The notes under the pieces were generated by a model that made no database searches, was not told the origin of the DNA, and was given only the letters and a program-made list of their open reading frames with translations. Position numbers and translations under genes: made by a program. 64,000 nt of DNA, taken from the NCBI RefSeq assembly GCF_001194135.2, contig NC_068982.1, positions 48,336,540 to 48,400,539 on the forward strand, written 5' to 3'. This document shows, in pieces, positions 12,990 to 26,096 of this stretch. The DNA is from Octopus bimaculoides. Its lineage: Eukaryota. Position 1 is the stretch's first letter. Every line of letters starts with the position of its first letter.

Positions 12990-13185
12990 GGTGCTGGTGC
13001 CACATAAAAAGCACCCTGTTCACTCTGTGGAGTGTTTGGCATTAGGAAGAGCATCTGGCTGTAGAAACCATGCCAAAACAAACAATAAAACCTTGAAGCC
13101 TGGTATGGGCCCTGGCCTTACCAGCTCCAGTCAAACCGTCCAACCCATGCTGGCATGGAACACAGACATATAATGATGATGATAT
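12990..13185 (+). mobile_element. RTE-type 3'-end repeat
   Basis: GTGCCACATAAAAAGCACC...CCATGCTGGCATGGAAC...GATGATGAT. Confidence 0.75.
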
Positions 13186-13626
13186 ATATGACTACATGTA
13201 CATACAGTTGTATCTAGTTACAGAAATACTAATGTATAAAGTGCAACAATTACATTGCTTTAGAGAATATGCAAATAAGTAGTCACTTGATTCGACTGGT
13301 CAATACTGAGAAAAACCAAGCCATATTGCTGCTCTAGTTATTAATGTGCAGCTGTCAATCTTATACCATTATGCAGATAAGTTTATCGTAGACAATCATG
13401 TTTACATTTTTGATAAATAATCCTACAGAAAAATCTGTCAGCTTGGAGAGCAGAAGTAAACAATCTCTGATGAGTCTTAAGAAATACAAAACTAGACTAA
13501 TTGGTTCAACTTCCATTCCAAGCTGTTGAGTGATCTGTCATTTAACCACAGGACCTAATTTCACAGCAATTTTAAATAAATGCACATTAAACTGATGGAT
13601 CAACATCAACGTAACATATATCACTG

Positions 13627-13659
<33 letters not shown>

Positions 13660-13660
<1 letters not shown>

Positions 13661-14034
13661 GAGGCGCAATGGCCCAGTGGTTAGGGCAGCGGACTCGCGG
13701 TCATAGGATCGCAGTTTCAATTCCCAGACTGGGCGTTGTGAGTGTTTATTGAGCGAAAACAGCTAAAGCTCCACGAGGCTCCGGCAGGGGAAGGTGGTGA
13801 ACCCTGCTGTACTCTTCCACCACAACTTTCTCTCACTCTTACTTCCTGTTTCCGTTGTGCCTGTAATTCAAAGGGTCAGCCTTGTCACACTGTGTCACGC
13901 TGATTATCCCCGAGAACTGCTTTAGAGGTACACGTGTCTGTGGAGTGCTCAGCCACTTGCATGTTAATTTCACGAGCAGGCTATTCCGTTGATAGGATCA
14001 ACTGGAACCCTCGACATCGTAAGCGACGGAATGC

Positions 14035-14040
<6 letters not shown>
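13660..14040 (+). mobile_element. tRNA-derived SINE, family B (young, CpG-rich)
   Basis: Head GGAGGCGCAATGGCCCAGTGGTTAGGGCAGCGGACTCGCGG...GTTTCAATTCCC. Closely similar copy at 32933-33300. Confidence 0.88.
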
Positions 14041-14065
<25 letters not shown>

Positions 14066-15022
14066 CTGTGATGTTTTTTGCTTAGTGGGGTCAATTTTAA
14101 AAATCTGTAAATAATAATAATATTTTATAAGCTTGAAATTATAAGTGATGACTGTGCATTGACAAAGGTAAATAATCTAATATAGGGGCATATATGCCCT
14201 TGACGGAAAAAAGTAGGGTTGTCCATATCTGTACGCATGGGACTCAAAGGGCTTGAGGGACAACCCTACTTTTTTCCTAACTACTATTTTTTGTATCAAA
14301 TATGTTTAGGTACGGGTGGCCCTGAAGATGAGGACCCAGATTAAGTGCAACCAACCCTCAAAGACCCCAACGGTGGAACAAGTGGATGATGACTACAGCA
14401 AATCTCAACACCTAAGCCAGCAGATGAAGAGGGCTACTCATGATGGACATGCTACAGGAGGTGCCACTCAAAACCATTACCAGATCAGTGGCAGTCTTAT
14501 GCAGTTTCATAACTGGATCCCACATGTCTCATTCTATATGTACTGCAGAGGAAGGCCATGAAGCCTAGTGTGTGGGTCACTTCCTGGCAAGTTGAGGTCC
14601 ACCTTAAACGAATCCACACCATTGGCACTTTCGTCTACTCTGATTGTCTTTTACTTCCAACTATTTAGGTATGGGATATTTTCAGGTAATTAAGAGGTGT
14701 AATTTTCTGAATTCCTGAAGCTAATTAAAGAAGCATTTACAACAGGTAATACGACAGCTTTAATACCTCATATATATTAACTGTATTTATTTACAATATT
14801 TCACAACTCAGAGTTTGAAATAAAATAAGAGTTCTTTCTGTCAAGTTTTTAAACCCCAAAATACTTGCAACTAAAACAGATATTTCATTTCATCAGTTCA
14901 TATAATATTGTATTTGCTTTTTTGTAGTGCATATTCAGCTAAATATTTGCCCTGTAAAAAGTATATTTGTGTTTTGGTTTCACTTGTACATTTCTACAAG
15001 ATGTATATATATATTCACATAT

Positions 15023-15385
15023 ATAGGCACAGGTGTGGCTGTGTGGTAAGAAGTTTGCTTCTTAACCACAAAGTTCTGGGTTCAGTCCCACTGCATGACA
15101 CCTTGGGCACGTGTCTTCTACTAAAGCCTTGGGCTGACCAAAGACTTGTGAGTGGATTTGGTAGATGGAAACTGAAAGAAGCCTGTCTTATACATGTGTG
15201 TGTGTCTCTGTCTTTGTGTTTGTCCCCACCACCGGTTGATAACCGGTGTTGGTATGTTTATGTACCCATAACTTAGTGGTAACAAAAATAACAAGTCCTA
15301 GAATCGATTTGTTTGACTAAAATGCCTTCCAAGGCAGAACCCCTGCATGGCTGCAGTCAAATGACTAAAACAAGTAAAAGATAAA
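15023..15385 (+). mobile_element. tRNA-derived SINE, family A
   Basis: Full head, body and tail homology. Confidence 0.85.
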
Positions 15386-16114
15386 AAAAAAAATATGTAT
15401 ATATATATATACAAAAACACATAAAACAATACAAAACAAAAAAAAAATGGCTTTTGGCAGCATCGAATGGGGATTGAACTGATTTGTTATATGTATACTA
15501 AGGGTCCCAGACTGCTGAGAGATTTTTGTAAAAGACTACTTATAAAGAAAAAATGTAAATATTATTTCCGATAAGACTCATTTACATCATGATACAAGTC
15601 TGACAGCTGGACATTAATAACAAGAGCATCAATACAATCGGACTTATGAATAAGTGTATGTCTGTGATATATGTGTGTGTATGTATATGTATATATATAT
15701 ACACACACACCCACATATACATACATATCTATGTATGTATATATATATTGCCTCCAACTTATTCACACACATGCATGTGTGCATGCATACATGCACACAC
15801 ACGGGCGTGCACAAAGTGAAGGTGCAGGATTTAGTGGTTAGAGTATTTGACTCATGAGTGTAAAGTCATGAGTTCAGTTCCTGGCAGCATACTCTGTCCT
15901 TGAGCAAGACACTTTATTTCATATCGCTCCAGTCTGCTTAGCTGGCAAAAATGAGCTGTACCTCTCATGGTGGATCTCCATGAGAATTGTGTTAAGAGTA
16001 AGTGTGTTTGTACAGTGCTTAACCACTTGCATGTTAATCTCACAAGCAAGCTGTTCTGTTGATTGGTTGAAATAAAATACTTGTCGTTGTAACCAATGGA
16101 ATGTCAGGTTATAT

Positions 16115-16171
<57 letters not shown>

Positions 16172-16395
16172 NNNNNNNNNNNNNNNNNNNNNNNNNNNNN
16201 NNNNNNNNATATATAGTTAGGTTATATTCTACTGAGAATGTAGTAGAGTATAGTGTAAAGCTCATCTACCTTCAGATTTCACCCATGACCAGATTTCACC
16301 ATAACCGGGAGAACTACATTGCATGGAAACAATTGTAGTGATTATAAATAAAAGTTCCTCTGTACTCCTTGTTGACTCCAACTTATTCATGTATG

Positions 16396-16438
<43 letters not shown>

Positions 16439-19378
16439 ATTTTTTTAATTAATATTTAGCAAAAGTAACAGAGTGACTTATGGTCCCAGAGTTTTGTGCA
16501 TTGGCACTTATGAAACTACTCACAAGTCAAAGACCTGTGAGTTTATATACCTATTGATAAATATATTCATATTGTATAAGATACTTGCCCAAGGTGCCAT
16601 GCAGTGGTAGTCAACCTGGAACCATGTGGTTGAGAAACACGTTTCTTACCACACAGCCATGTGTGCCCCTATGTATAATAACATAATATTTATAATAGTA
16701 TTTCTTACATGTGTTTCATCATTATTGCTGCTCGGAGCACTATCTTGGATGTTCCAAATGCATTTGTATGCTTAACCAGAACGGATCATCAAGGAACACT
16801 TTATCGCATTAAGTATATGTATATAGAACATGAATGGTTATAGTTCTAGCTGAAAGCATTCTGATTCTGACAGTTTCCTGTCCATTTTCTAGCTTGTTAG
16901 TTTGTCTTCAAACAATGGTGCTAGCTGTATGAACTCATACTTTCTCACACTTGATCTTTGTTTCTATAACAGTTTGTTTTCTTTCTAATTCACTTTGCAT
17001 TCAGTGGGCTGAGCAATGGTTTATTGTATGTTTTCTGCTTCATGTTTCCTATCATCAAAAGAGAACATTATATTTAAAGGCCTAGTGATCTGTGGTGAAA
17101 ACAATATGGAGCCATATGTAGTTTGAGCTGAGCTTTGAATCTAGCTATAAAAACCTACGAGATGTACAAGTTCTTACAACTCTTATGATATATAACGAAA
17201 CTGATTTACCTTGGATATATAGATGCTAGGAACATTATGGGAATAATGTAATTTTTAGCTCTTTATAAATGGGTGAACAGACTTTAGAAGTCATTGATTT
17301 AACTAAATATATAAATAAGGCAGTATATTATTTACACACACACACATGTATAAACTTACTTCTCCACATTCATTTCTATAAAGGATAGTGTTTATCTTTC
17401 TCTCCCTATACTTTACCATAATAAATAGTTATGTGTTTGTTCCTAATCCATTATACATCGTGAGATCTGCTTCATTAACTTCAGGAAGTAAGAATATGGA
17501 AGTTGTGTGGTTCCCACTTCTCTGAGCATTGACACACTAAAGTTTTAACATCTAGAATCTGACTTGCTAGAAGCCCACAAGACTATCCACACCATCATCT
17601 TTCCAATAAATGTTGATTATGTTCTTGAATTTAATGTCTCAACTATCAATGGATATACTTACAAAAATCAAAATCAGTGCAATACTCATGACTTTCATAA
17701 ACATTTTTTTCACACTCAGAATTGTCAAAGCATGAAATAAACTATTTGGTGTTTGCTGTGAGGACACTGTATCCTTCTAAAATTCCAGAACCTCCAAAAT
17801 TCAGCAATACTACTTTTGACATACCTTTGCACCCATTCCTTTTTATGGCTCTTTTACTGCTCTCTCTTCTGTCTGTTTGTGTTAGATTCTGTGTATTATG
17901 CAGGCACTTCTTTCATTGCTGTTTTTCTCATACTTGATTCATTGCTGCTTTCTGTCCCCTCTTTAGCCTTTACCCAACAAGTTGGAGTACACTCGAGTGC
18001 TGTATATGATAAGCTCATTTAGCAAGCTCACTGGCTAATCATGACACCAGCATCTGTTCTTATACTGTTATTTTATATATTGCCAGTGGGAACATGAATC
18101 AATGCTATCTCTAGTGGTTGAGCATCCAACATTGACAAAACCAAGGAAGGTTGAAATCACATGATCTGGTGGTCTTGACACTGGATATGGTGGGTATTTA
18201 TCTCCCTGCTAGCGATATAAACGTGTGCATTTTGCACCAAAAGCCAACATGAGAGTTTCTCTCATGGTATCTATCACAGTATAGTTTGTCCCAACAGAAC
18301 ATCCATATTTAAGTGGTGATAAATATTACCGATAAGCTCATTGTATCTTACCCTAAGGACTTAAATGGGTTTTGTTTTACCCCCAAGCCAGCCCTGATTA
18401 GCATGTTAGCTATAATCATTCCATCCTTTGAGTCAAATTTGGTCTTGGACTATACTATCTATTATATTTTATATTTTCCTTTACTTCATTTTTTTTTTTA
18501 GGAAATGGAATGATGTTTGAGAGTTTTGGCTATTTTCAGCAGGTCTGATGACAATGGGGATTCTATACCACATAAATTCAATCAATAACTTATATAATGT
18601 TTGCAAAACATTAAAAAAATGAAAAAATCCCCCCAAAATGTCGAAGCTGGGATTTGAACACAAGTCACAGATCCAGTTTGTTAAATATTTTACTTCTTAC
18701 TCTAAAGAGCCTGCCTAAGAGAAAACAAAATATGGAAACAAAATGGAAAGGAAATAAAAATAAAAATGAAAAAATTCATTTTCATATCAGGTTCTGTGTT
18801 TGCCATTAATGATTCTAACAAATTGTACAAAAATAATTAAAGAAGAAACAATTTGCATTGGAGTGACTTCATATATAAATATATACGTTTGTTGAGAGAA
18901 TCATAGCAGCTAAATGAATGCTTATGCTATCCTTATTAGTTCCTTGTCTAATATACTGCTTAGCTCCTGGCACTATTCCTGCAGTAGTTGCATATGTCTT
19001 TGAGAAGAATTTGGAATACCCAACCGTTTTTGGATTGTTCTTTGGCATATGAGCAATGCATGAATAAGCTACAAGATATGCGTCACTCTTCTATAGATCT
19101 GTAGATATTTATCCCTAAAAAGAATATTTGTCTGTCACAGGTGTTGAGTACATTTACAAAAGTTACCAGTTGAAAAAAGAAACAAATATAAATTTTATTA
19201 GAAATATATACAACTTTCTTCTGTTTCTAACCAAGCTAATATTTCTTCATAGCCAGACATGTTTACATGGAAGAGTGAAATGAAAGACACTGCTTGTATG
19301 ACAGTAATACTTCTTTACAACCACTGTGTGATGTCAAGACAGGAGACAAACAAACACGCACATATACGTAACCATATG

Positions 19379-19421
<43 letters not shown>

Positions 19422-19639
19422 CTATGTATGTATATATGTATGTATATATGTATGTATATATGTATCTGTATGTATACATATATATGTATGTAATCCTTTA
19501 AGTTTGTTTACAGGAAATTTTTTGAATATCCATATAAAAGCTCCTATTCTGTTATGCTGGCTACAGCCTAATGTTGTCTAACTGGCAATACCTATTTTTT
19601 AGGGTTGCACCAAACTGTGTCAATATAATGTAGGATAAA

Positions 19640-19669
19640 TATAATAATAATAATAATGATGATGATGAT

Positions 19670-19710
<41 letters not shown>

Positions 19711-19733
19711 TGATGATGGTAATATTAATAATG

Positions 19734-19780
<47 letters not shown>

Positions 19781-19790
19781 TAATACTTCC
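19640..19790. repeat. (AAT)n/(GAT)n compound microsatellite
   Basis: Directly visible. It is the source of the poly-L and poly-I ORFs. Confidence 0.95.
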
Positions 19791-20274
19791 ATCCAAAAAT
19801 GAAAATCAAGTCTCAGGCCCAGTTTATAACAGACTTAAACAAAAATCTATTATCTGTATAATGTAGCAATAAACATAGCACTTTAACTGTTAGAAATAGT
19901 TTTCCAATTGCCATCAAATCATTCTCTACCTATGCAAAACCAGAATGTCAGGGATTTTAATCTTTTAGTCTGGAGGGAAGGCACTACCCTAGTCCATTAT
20001 GGAGCCTCAGAGACTGTGGGAGGGAGGACATTATTCTCAAATTGGAGATCTGACCTGAATGCTTGCAGCAGTGTAGACTCTATTAAAGGCACACCAAATA
20101 CCAGGTGCTGGTGTTAAACTGGGTGATGGATTAAGTCTAGTCTGATGAAAAGACAAGAACAGGTTAATCAATATCTAGAAGGTCTTTTATCTATATATCT
20201 GTACAAACAGAGCTGATCTAATATTTAGATAATAACAACAACAATGTCGATTAAATAAACACTATAATACTTAC

Positions 20275-20351
20275 AGTTATGAAATTTGCATTGATGTAGT
20301 CAGAGTTCTCTTCTCCTGGAATAGTTTTCAGTTTTACTCGAGTTTCTGGGA
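20275..20351 (-). CDS. Receptor-type PTP, RVKL/DYINAN exon (77 nt, phase 1-0)
   Basis: ccttctttttcag|TCCCAGAA...ATAACT|gtaagt. Encodes (I)PETRVKLKTIPGEENSDYINANFIT. A 77-nt phase 1-0 exon is typical of classical PTP genes. Confidence 0.95.
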
Positions 20352-20664
20352 CTGAAAAAGAAGGAATACAGAATAACTTAGCACAGGATATAAAATCCAG
20401 TAAACAAAATAATGAGAAAGTCTTTGCAAGGTCACTTAAATTACCAGAAATAGTATCCAAATATCCCTGAAATAACTCCCTATGATCCTAAAGAAAGATT
20501 ATATTGAATAATGTAATTCTCCACAGAATGTCTGTTTTTCTTTTTAATGTCCTGCACCCACAAGACTTAACCCCTTTCTTTGTGCAGCCACAAAAGAGTA
20601 CAGCTTCAGAGTAGTTCTGTCCTCTTCATGGTTATCAGGACTTTCATGTTTATGTAAATATCAC

Positions 20665-20860
20665 CTATCATCATCATCATCATCATTGTTTAACGTCCGC
20701 CTTCCATGCCAGCATGGGTTGGACGATTTGACTGAGGACTGGTGAAACCGGATGGCAACACCAGGCTCCAATCTAATTTGGCAGAGTTTCTACAGCTGGA
20801 TGCCCTTCCTAACGCCAACCACTCAGAGAGTGTAGTGGGTGCTTTTATGTGTCACCCATG
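20665..20860 (-). mobile_element. RTE-type 3'-end repeat
   Basis: Near-identical to the start of 5612-6140 and to 60765-61000. Confidence 0.8.
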
Positions 20861-22329
20861 CAATTCCATCATTCTGTAGTGAAACCAATTTCTATTATGG
20901 CACATTGGTGTCAACTAGTCTTTTATAGGCTCTACACATTGGTCTTTTAATGATTGATCATCTGACCTATCATGTGAGTTTGGAACAGTTGGTTGAGTCC
21001 TGCATTTTGATTGGTTGAATAATGCATGGGATATGGATCTCGGATCCAATTACATTGTGTGTAATACATTCTAAAACAACTAACCTGAATCATCGCTGGG
21101 AGCCTCTGTCTCTCTATATATAGCCTTAACAAAAACTCAGTGACAGAGGGGTGAGAGAATTTTCAGGAAGACAAGTCATGATATTTTCCTGCTGTTATAA
21201 TGAAAGACTTGCAACCAACAACTGCCAGAGCTGAATTATCCAAACGATTGATGAATTATGCCACCAACAAAATCTGTGATGTGTTTAATTCGTCCACTGT
21301 ATAATTTAGCAGAGGAATAAAGTCTTGCTGTCATTTTAAAGTTTGTTTCGTGTATTATTCCCATGAGGTAACATGCAACACATGTTATATAATGGTATGC
21401 AAGATTCTGTAGTAAATTAAGACAGACTTTATAACCCTACAGCTAAAATTCCATGCCACATGGAAGCTTGTTACTCTCTCTTACTGTGCCTCAAAGGTGT
21501 TGATAAACCAAACCTCAACATCATTACTAATATCTGTTGTTCTGATTCTCATGCAATTGTGTGCCATGTATAGTGGCACCAGCCTGTGGGTAAGTGTGTA
21601 GTTTGTCACTTCTGCCTGCTTTCATGCCTCATATTCAGTTTTAAAGATAATGCTCACATTTTCATATGCCATGCATCTATCAATAAAGTTTACATTATTA
21701 TGTCATATACTGAAGCCTTTGTGAAGAAGAGTTATATCCCCTTCATTCATAACCATTCTTATATGAATTCCTCAAGCAGAGTGGCACTGTCATTTGTGAC
21801 ATATTGCTTCCACATCTCTCTGTGTGAGTTTGACTAATGTCTGAATCTTTCAATTGGAAAGAATTTTTGGACAACTTTGCATTTTTTGTTATTTGAAATA
21901 CTTTCATGCAAGTTTATGTTTGCAGATGTCATTTTTGACTGTCTTTACATCTTTTGGTTTCATTGTTTCTTTTTCTGTCTTTAAATTCTATTTACCTTCT
22001 TTTCAAATATGTTTTTGTGCTCTCAACAATTATTTTATTCTTCTTTTCCTGTGGGAAGAGGAAAGAGCTATGGTATACAGGGCTTCTTCATTTGCTTTTA
22101 GCACCCTTTTAAGTTCTTTCAGTTGAAGAAATCATAGTAAATTTAAAAAATAAATATTTTAAAAGCAGAAAAACAAGTTTATGTCTAAAATACTGAGTTT
22201 TTATCTAGTCTAGGTATTGGGGTAGACATCCACATGTTACAAAATCCCCAGTTCATATTGGATTGCATAAAAATGATTATTTATTTTAAAAGATTTGCAT
22301 ACAATTTTTAAAAAATTAAATTTACATTA

Positions 22330-22363
<34 letters not shown>

Positions 22364-22560
22364 TAATGTAACATTGTATATATATATATATGTAAATAGA
22401 GTTAGCGGTTATAATAACCAACCAAGGGATAAAATATCCGTATATACTATCAGTATCCGTTACCCGTGTTATCTCCGGGCAATAGAGTACAGGGATACCA
22501 TATACATCGAGTACAGGTGACAATAGGATGAACAAAAGTTTATCAGGAGCCAATGCAAAT

Positions 22561-23944
22561 AATTAGAAAATGGAGAAAAACATAGATTGGCCAGTACATC
22601 GATTGGACCACATTTAAAGCTTGTTTATTGATGCAAAGCAAGACATAACAAAGCTAACAGCTGTTACTGATCAGATTCACAGAATGCAGTCTATACATAA
22701 ATGTGAGAATAAAATTCTTCATCTTCATAGGGCATTCAAATTAAGGCAACCAATTTTCATACAATATAAACAAAAAGAAGACAGAAGAGGTAAGAATGTA
22801 TGGTTTAGGCAAATAGTCTAAAAGCCCAATATGTTAAGTGCACATAATTATTTACCATCTGAGCTCAAAGAACGTGGATGAGAGAGTGAGCTATTAAAGG
22901 ACTAGGGAACACTACAAGTTATTAAAGGGAAGGTGCAATTAGGAGGGGTGGGGTCAGGGTGTTAAAGAAAGAAATTATCCAGAAGATTTATGTAAATAAG
23001 ATACTAACATAATTCTCAAAGGTCAAACCTATGTTAACAGAGTAAACTTAAGTAAATTAATGTAGATTACTAAATAAAAATTTACTCACAGGAAATTAAT
23101 ACCAAGAATCCCCCCCCCCCTATAGTACATAATGGAGTAAGTCTAATGGTATGGTTTGTTTATAGATAAACAAGAAAAAGAAAGGAAGTACTAACTTACA
23201 TGTATGTGTATGTGTGTGCATAATTATGAGATATTTGTGTACATGTATGTTTTTCCAGCCTTTCTTTTTCCTGTTTATCTATAAACAAACCCATTGTAAC
23301 GGTTTTAACTCGTGGATTGTTTTAAATTGTTACTGACCAATGGACTTAGACTTACTCCATTGTGTACCATAGGCAGGATTCTTGGTATTAATTTCCTGTG
23401 AGTAAACATTTTATTTAGTAACCTATGTTAATTATTTAACTTTACTTAAGTTTACTCCATTAACATAGGTTTGACCTTTGAGAATTATGTTAGTATCTTA
23501 TTTACATAGATCTTCTGGATAACTTCTTTCTTTAACACCCTGACCCCACCCCTCCTAATTGCACCCTCCCGTTGATAACTGGTAGTGTTCCCTAGTCCTT
23601 TAATAGCTCATTCTCCCATCTACGTTCTTTGAGCTCAGATGGTAAATAATTATGTTGGGCTTTTAGACTATTTGTCTAAACCATGTATTCTTACCTCTTC
23701 TTTCTTTCTTTTGTTTATATTGTATGCTCTTGATTTTCACTCTGATGAAAATCGGTTGCCTTAATTCGAATGCCCTATGAAGATGAAGAATTTTATTCTC
23801 ACATTTATGTATAGACTGCATTCTGGGAATCTGATCAGAAACAGCTGTTAGCTTTGTTATGTCTTGTTTTGCATCAATAAACAAGCTTTAAATGTGCTCC
23901 AATTGATGTGCTGGTTAATCTATATTTTTCTCCATTTTCTAATT
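22561..23944. repeat. Long foldback inverted repeat (arms about 22561-23185 and 23259-23944, 73-bp spacer)
   Basis: The arms are reverse complements, with about 11 mismatches in the first ~200 bp by eye. ORF track shows mirror ORFs MFIDAKQDITKLTAV at 22621(+) and 23884(-). Confidence 0.95.
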
Positions 23945-24689
23945 ATATATATATAATTCTAATTACATATATATATATATATAATTCTAATTATATATAT
24001 ATACATACAAGTACTCAACATATGTTCAGTATATAGCTGTTTAATTAAAGTAAATATGTAAAAAAAGAGGAACTTATTGCTTACAATGCAAAATTTAAAC
24101 TTGTAGTCATAGAATTTGTTGAAAACAATAATTGCACAGCCTCTAGAAATTTGGTTTTGTTAAGAGTAATAATATGTTACAGAAAAATACCAAAACTCAA
24201 CTGTAGAAAATGTCAAATAACAAACAATACCTAAGGAGAAAGTAGGTTCATTATCCAGAACTGGAAAAAAAATTGGTTGAATGAGTGAAAGACCAGAGAC
24301 GTTTTGGATATATAATAACAAAACTCTATGGAAAGTTATAACAAAAGACAGGAAATATAGACTTGGTTGATCTTCGAAATGGCTTATGCTAGAAATTATT
24401 CAGAGGGCATGCTTTAACTTTATGTCAGAAACAAAATAATTTACAAAAGCATTCCTATGGTTCAGATGATAAGATTGTTCAGTTTCATAGCTTTAAAATA
24501 AAACTGGAAAAACAGCATGATTCTGAACTGAGATATGTACATGCAGGCAAACATAGACGTACACAAATATCTCATAAATACATACACACACACATACATG
24601 TAAGTTAGTACTTTTACTATCTGGCTACTGAAGACTATCATCCAATTCACTTCAGGACATATCATTCCAACAACAAGTTGTTATCTACA

Positions 24690-25560
24690 AGTTGATACTC
24701 GACATCTTCAAATGTTGTTCAAGAAGCCTCAACATCAGCACTGCTCCATCAGCATCTGATATTCGACAGGCTTCCTTTCATGAGACTCCTCCATGTGTTC
24801 TCTCCATTGCATGGTCAAATTTCACTCACATAATCACCCGCCTAGTGAAAGCTGTGAAGATAATCTATGTCTGAGCAGAGTGCTGTTTACATGATGTACT
24901 ATGAGAACTTTAAGTGTTTGACAAGATCGATTCTCAACTGTCAGAGTGAGGCTTTGGAAATCAGGCTGGCTCACTGATATTTCAGTGGAAAAGGGTTCTC
25001 TCTGATTCTGAGAAAAGTGATGGTTTCCTTCTGGAGGTGGCATTTTGAATAGCTATTGTGGTCACCACTACAACTGCCTTGAGAAGTTGTCATATCACCA
25101 GTAGAAGCAGCCATTGGTTAAGGCTCTGAGACAATTGCTGAGGAGATGTTGATGGGACCATCTATCGGCACAGAAGGGACAACAAAGTGCTTAACTCTTG
25201 CTCATGTGTAAAGGTCTGATGAGTTTGGTAAGGTGTTGCAGACAGTCTGAATCAGGAATCTGATGTGATAGATATCGACTCAGTAGAACTGATACCACTC
25301 AGTATGTTGACTTAACATGTCTCGGCACTTCGTTTATTGAGTCCTGCCAGCCAATTAGCCCATGCTTTCTTAACATCTGCACACATTTCTCCTTGGAAGA
25401 GATTTTGTCCACCTTTTATATTTGGCGTTATCAATCAAGCAGATTGGAAAGTAACCCAAGCCTCAACACCCTCTCACCACTTTGCTACCTGTAACTCTCT
25501 AAAAGCACTCCACTTTCTACCTGTTTGATCTTCAATGCCAGCTGCAACCTCTATACAACA
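24690..25560 (-). mobile_element. Decayed RLE-type (R2/HERO-like) non-LTR retrotransposon, 3' portion
   Basis: Interrupted translations FLIQTVCNTLP, CCPFC...HQHLLSNC..AL..G...W and NLTMQWREHMEESHERK..EYQ. These match the CCHC knuckle and endonuclease segment (ELTVPWEE..EEA.ERK) of RLE elements as recalled. Confidence 0.7.
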
Positions 25561-25883
25561 TGGCTTCTCTTGTTCATATCATTCATCTGAAAAACTGTTG
25601 AAGGGGTGTTGTAGGGTGAATATATACTATCTCTCTCTCTCTCATCTCCTTCCCTCTTCATATATAATATCACACACCCTATCACACAAACACACACACA
25701 CACAAACATGCATGTATATATAAACATATATATATATATATATGTGCTTGTACATGGTCTGATCAATAAGTATCCCATCTGTTGCTATAGTAATGAAGCT
25801 AAAGCACGGAGAGTAAAACTGCTTGGCACAGATTGAACTATCATGTTAAATCATGACATGGGTGCGTGCACACACACACACAC

Positions 25884-25944
<61 letters not shown>

Positions 25945-26096
25945 AGATAAGTTTTTTTCAATTTCTGTTTACTAAATACATTCTCAAGGCTCACTTCCAC
26001 TGTTTACAGCAATACTTGGAAGGAAGGTATGTAGCATGTAATCATTGCATTGAGCATGATAGAGAAAGTTGAGCAGAGTATCTGCATCAAATTATG

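Noticed and set aside
16740-18060. Purine-biased minus-strand stretch resembling decayed coding sequence
   Set aside because: Many stops and no motif I can assign to a family.
18900-19060. About 60-codon open minus-strand frame after a tag acceptor-like site
   Set aside because: Phase 1 and ends in a stop. The flanking PTP exons join correctly without it and no homology is recognisable.
21400-22120. Possible MULE/SWIM transposase relic (…SNDVEVW…, LPC/H.ILAV)
   Set aside because: Motifs are too degenerate and too close together; needs an HMM search.
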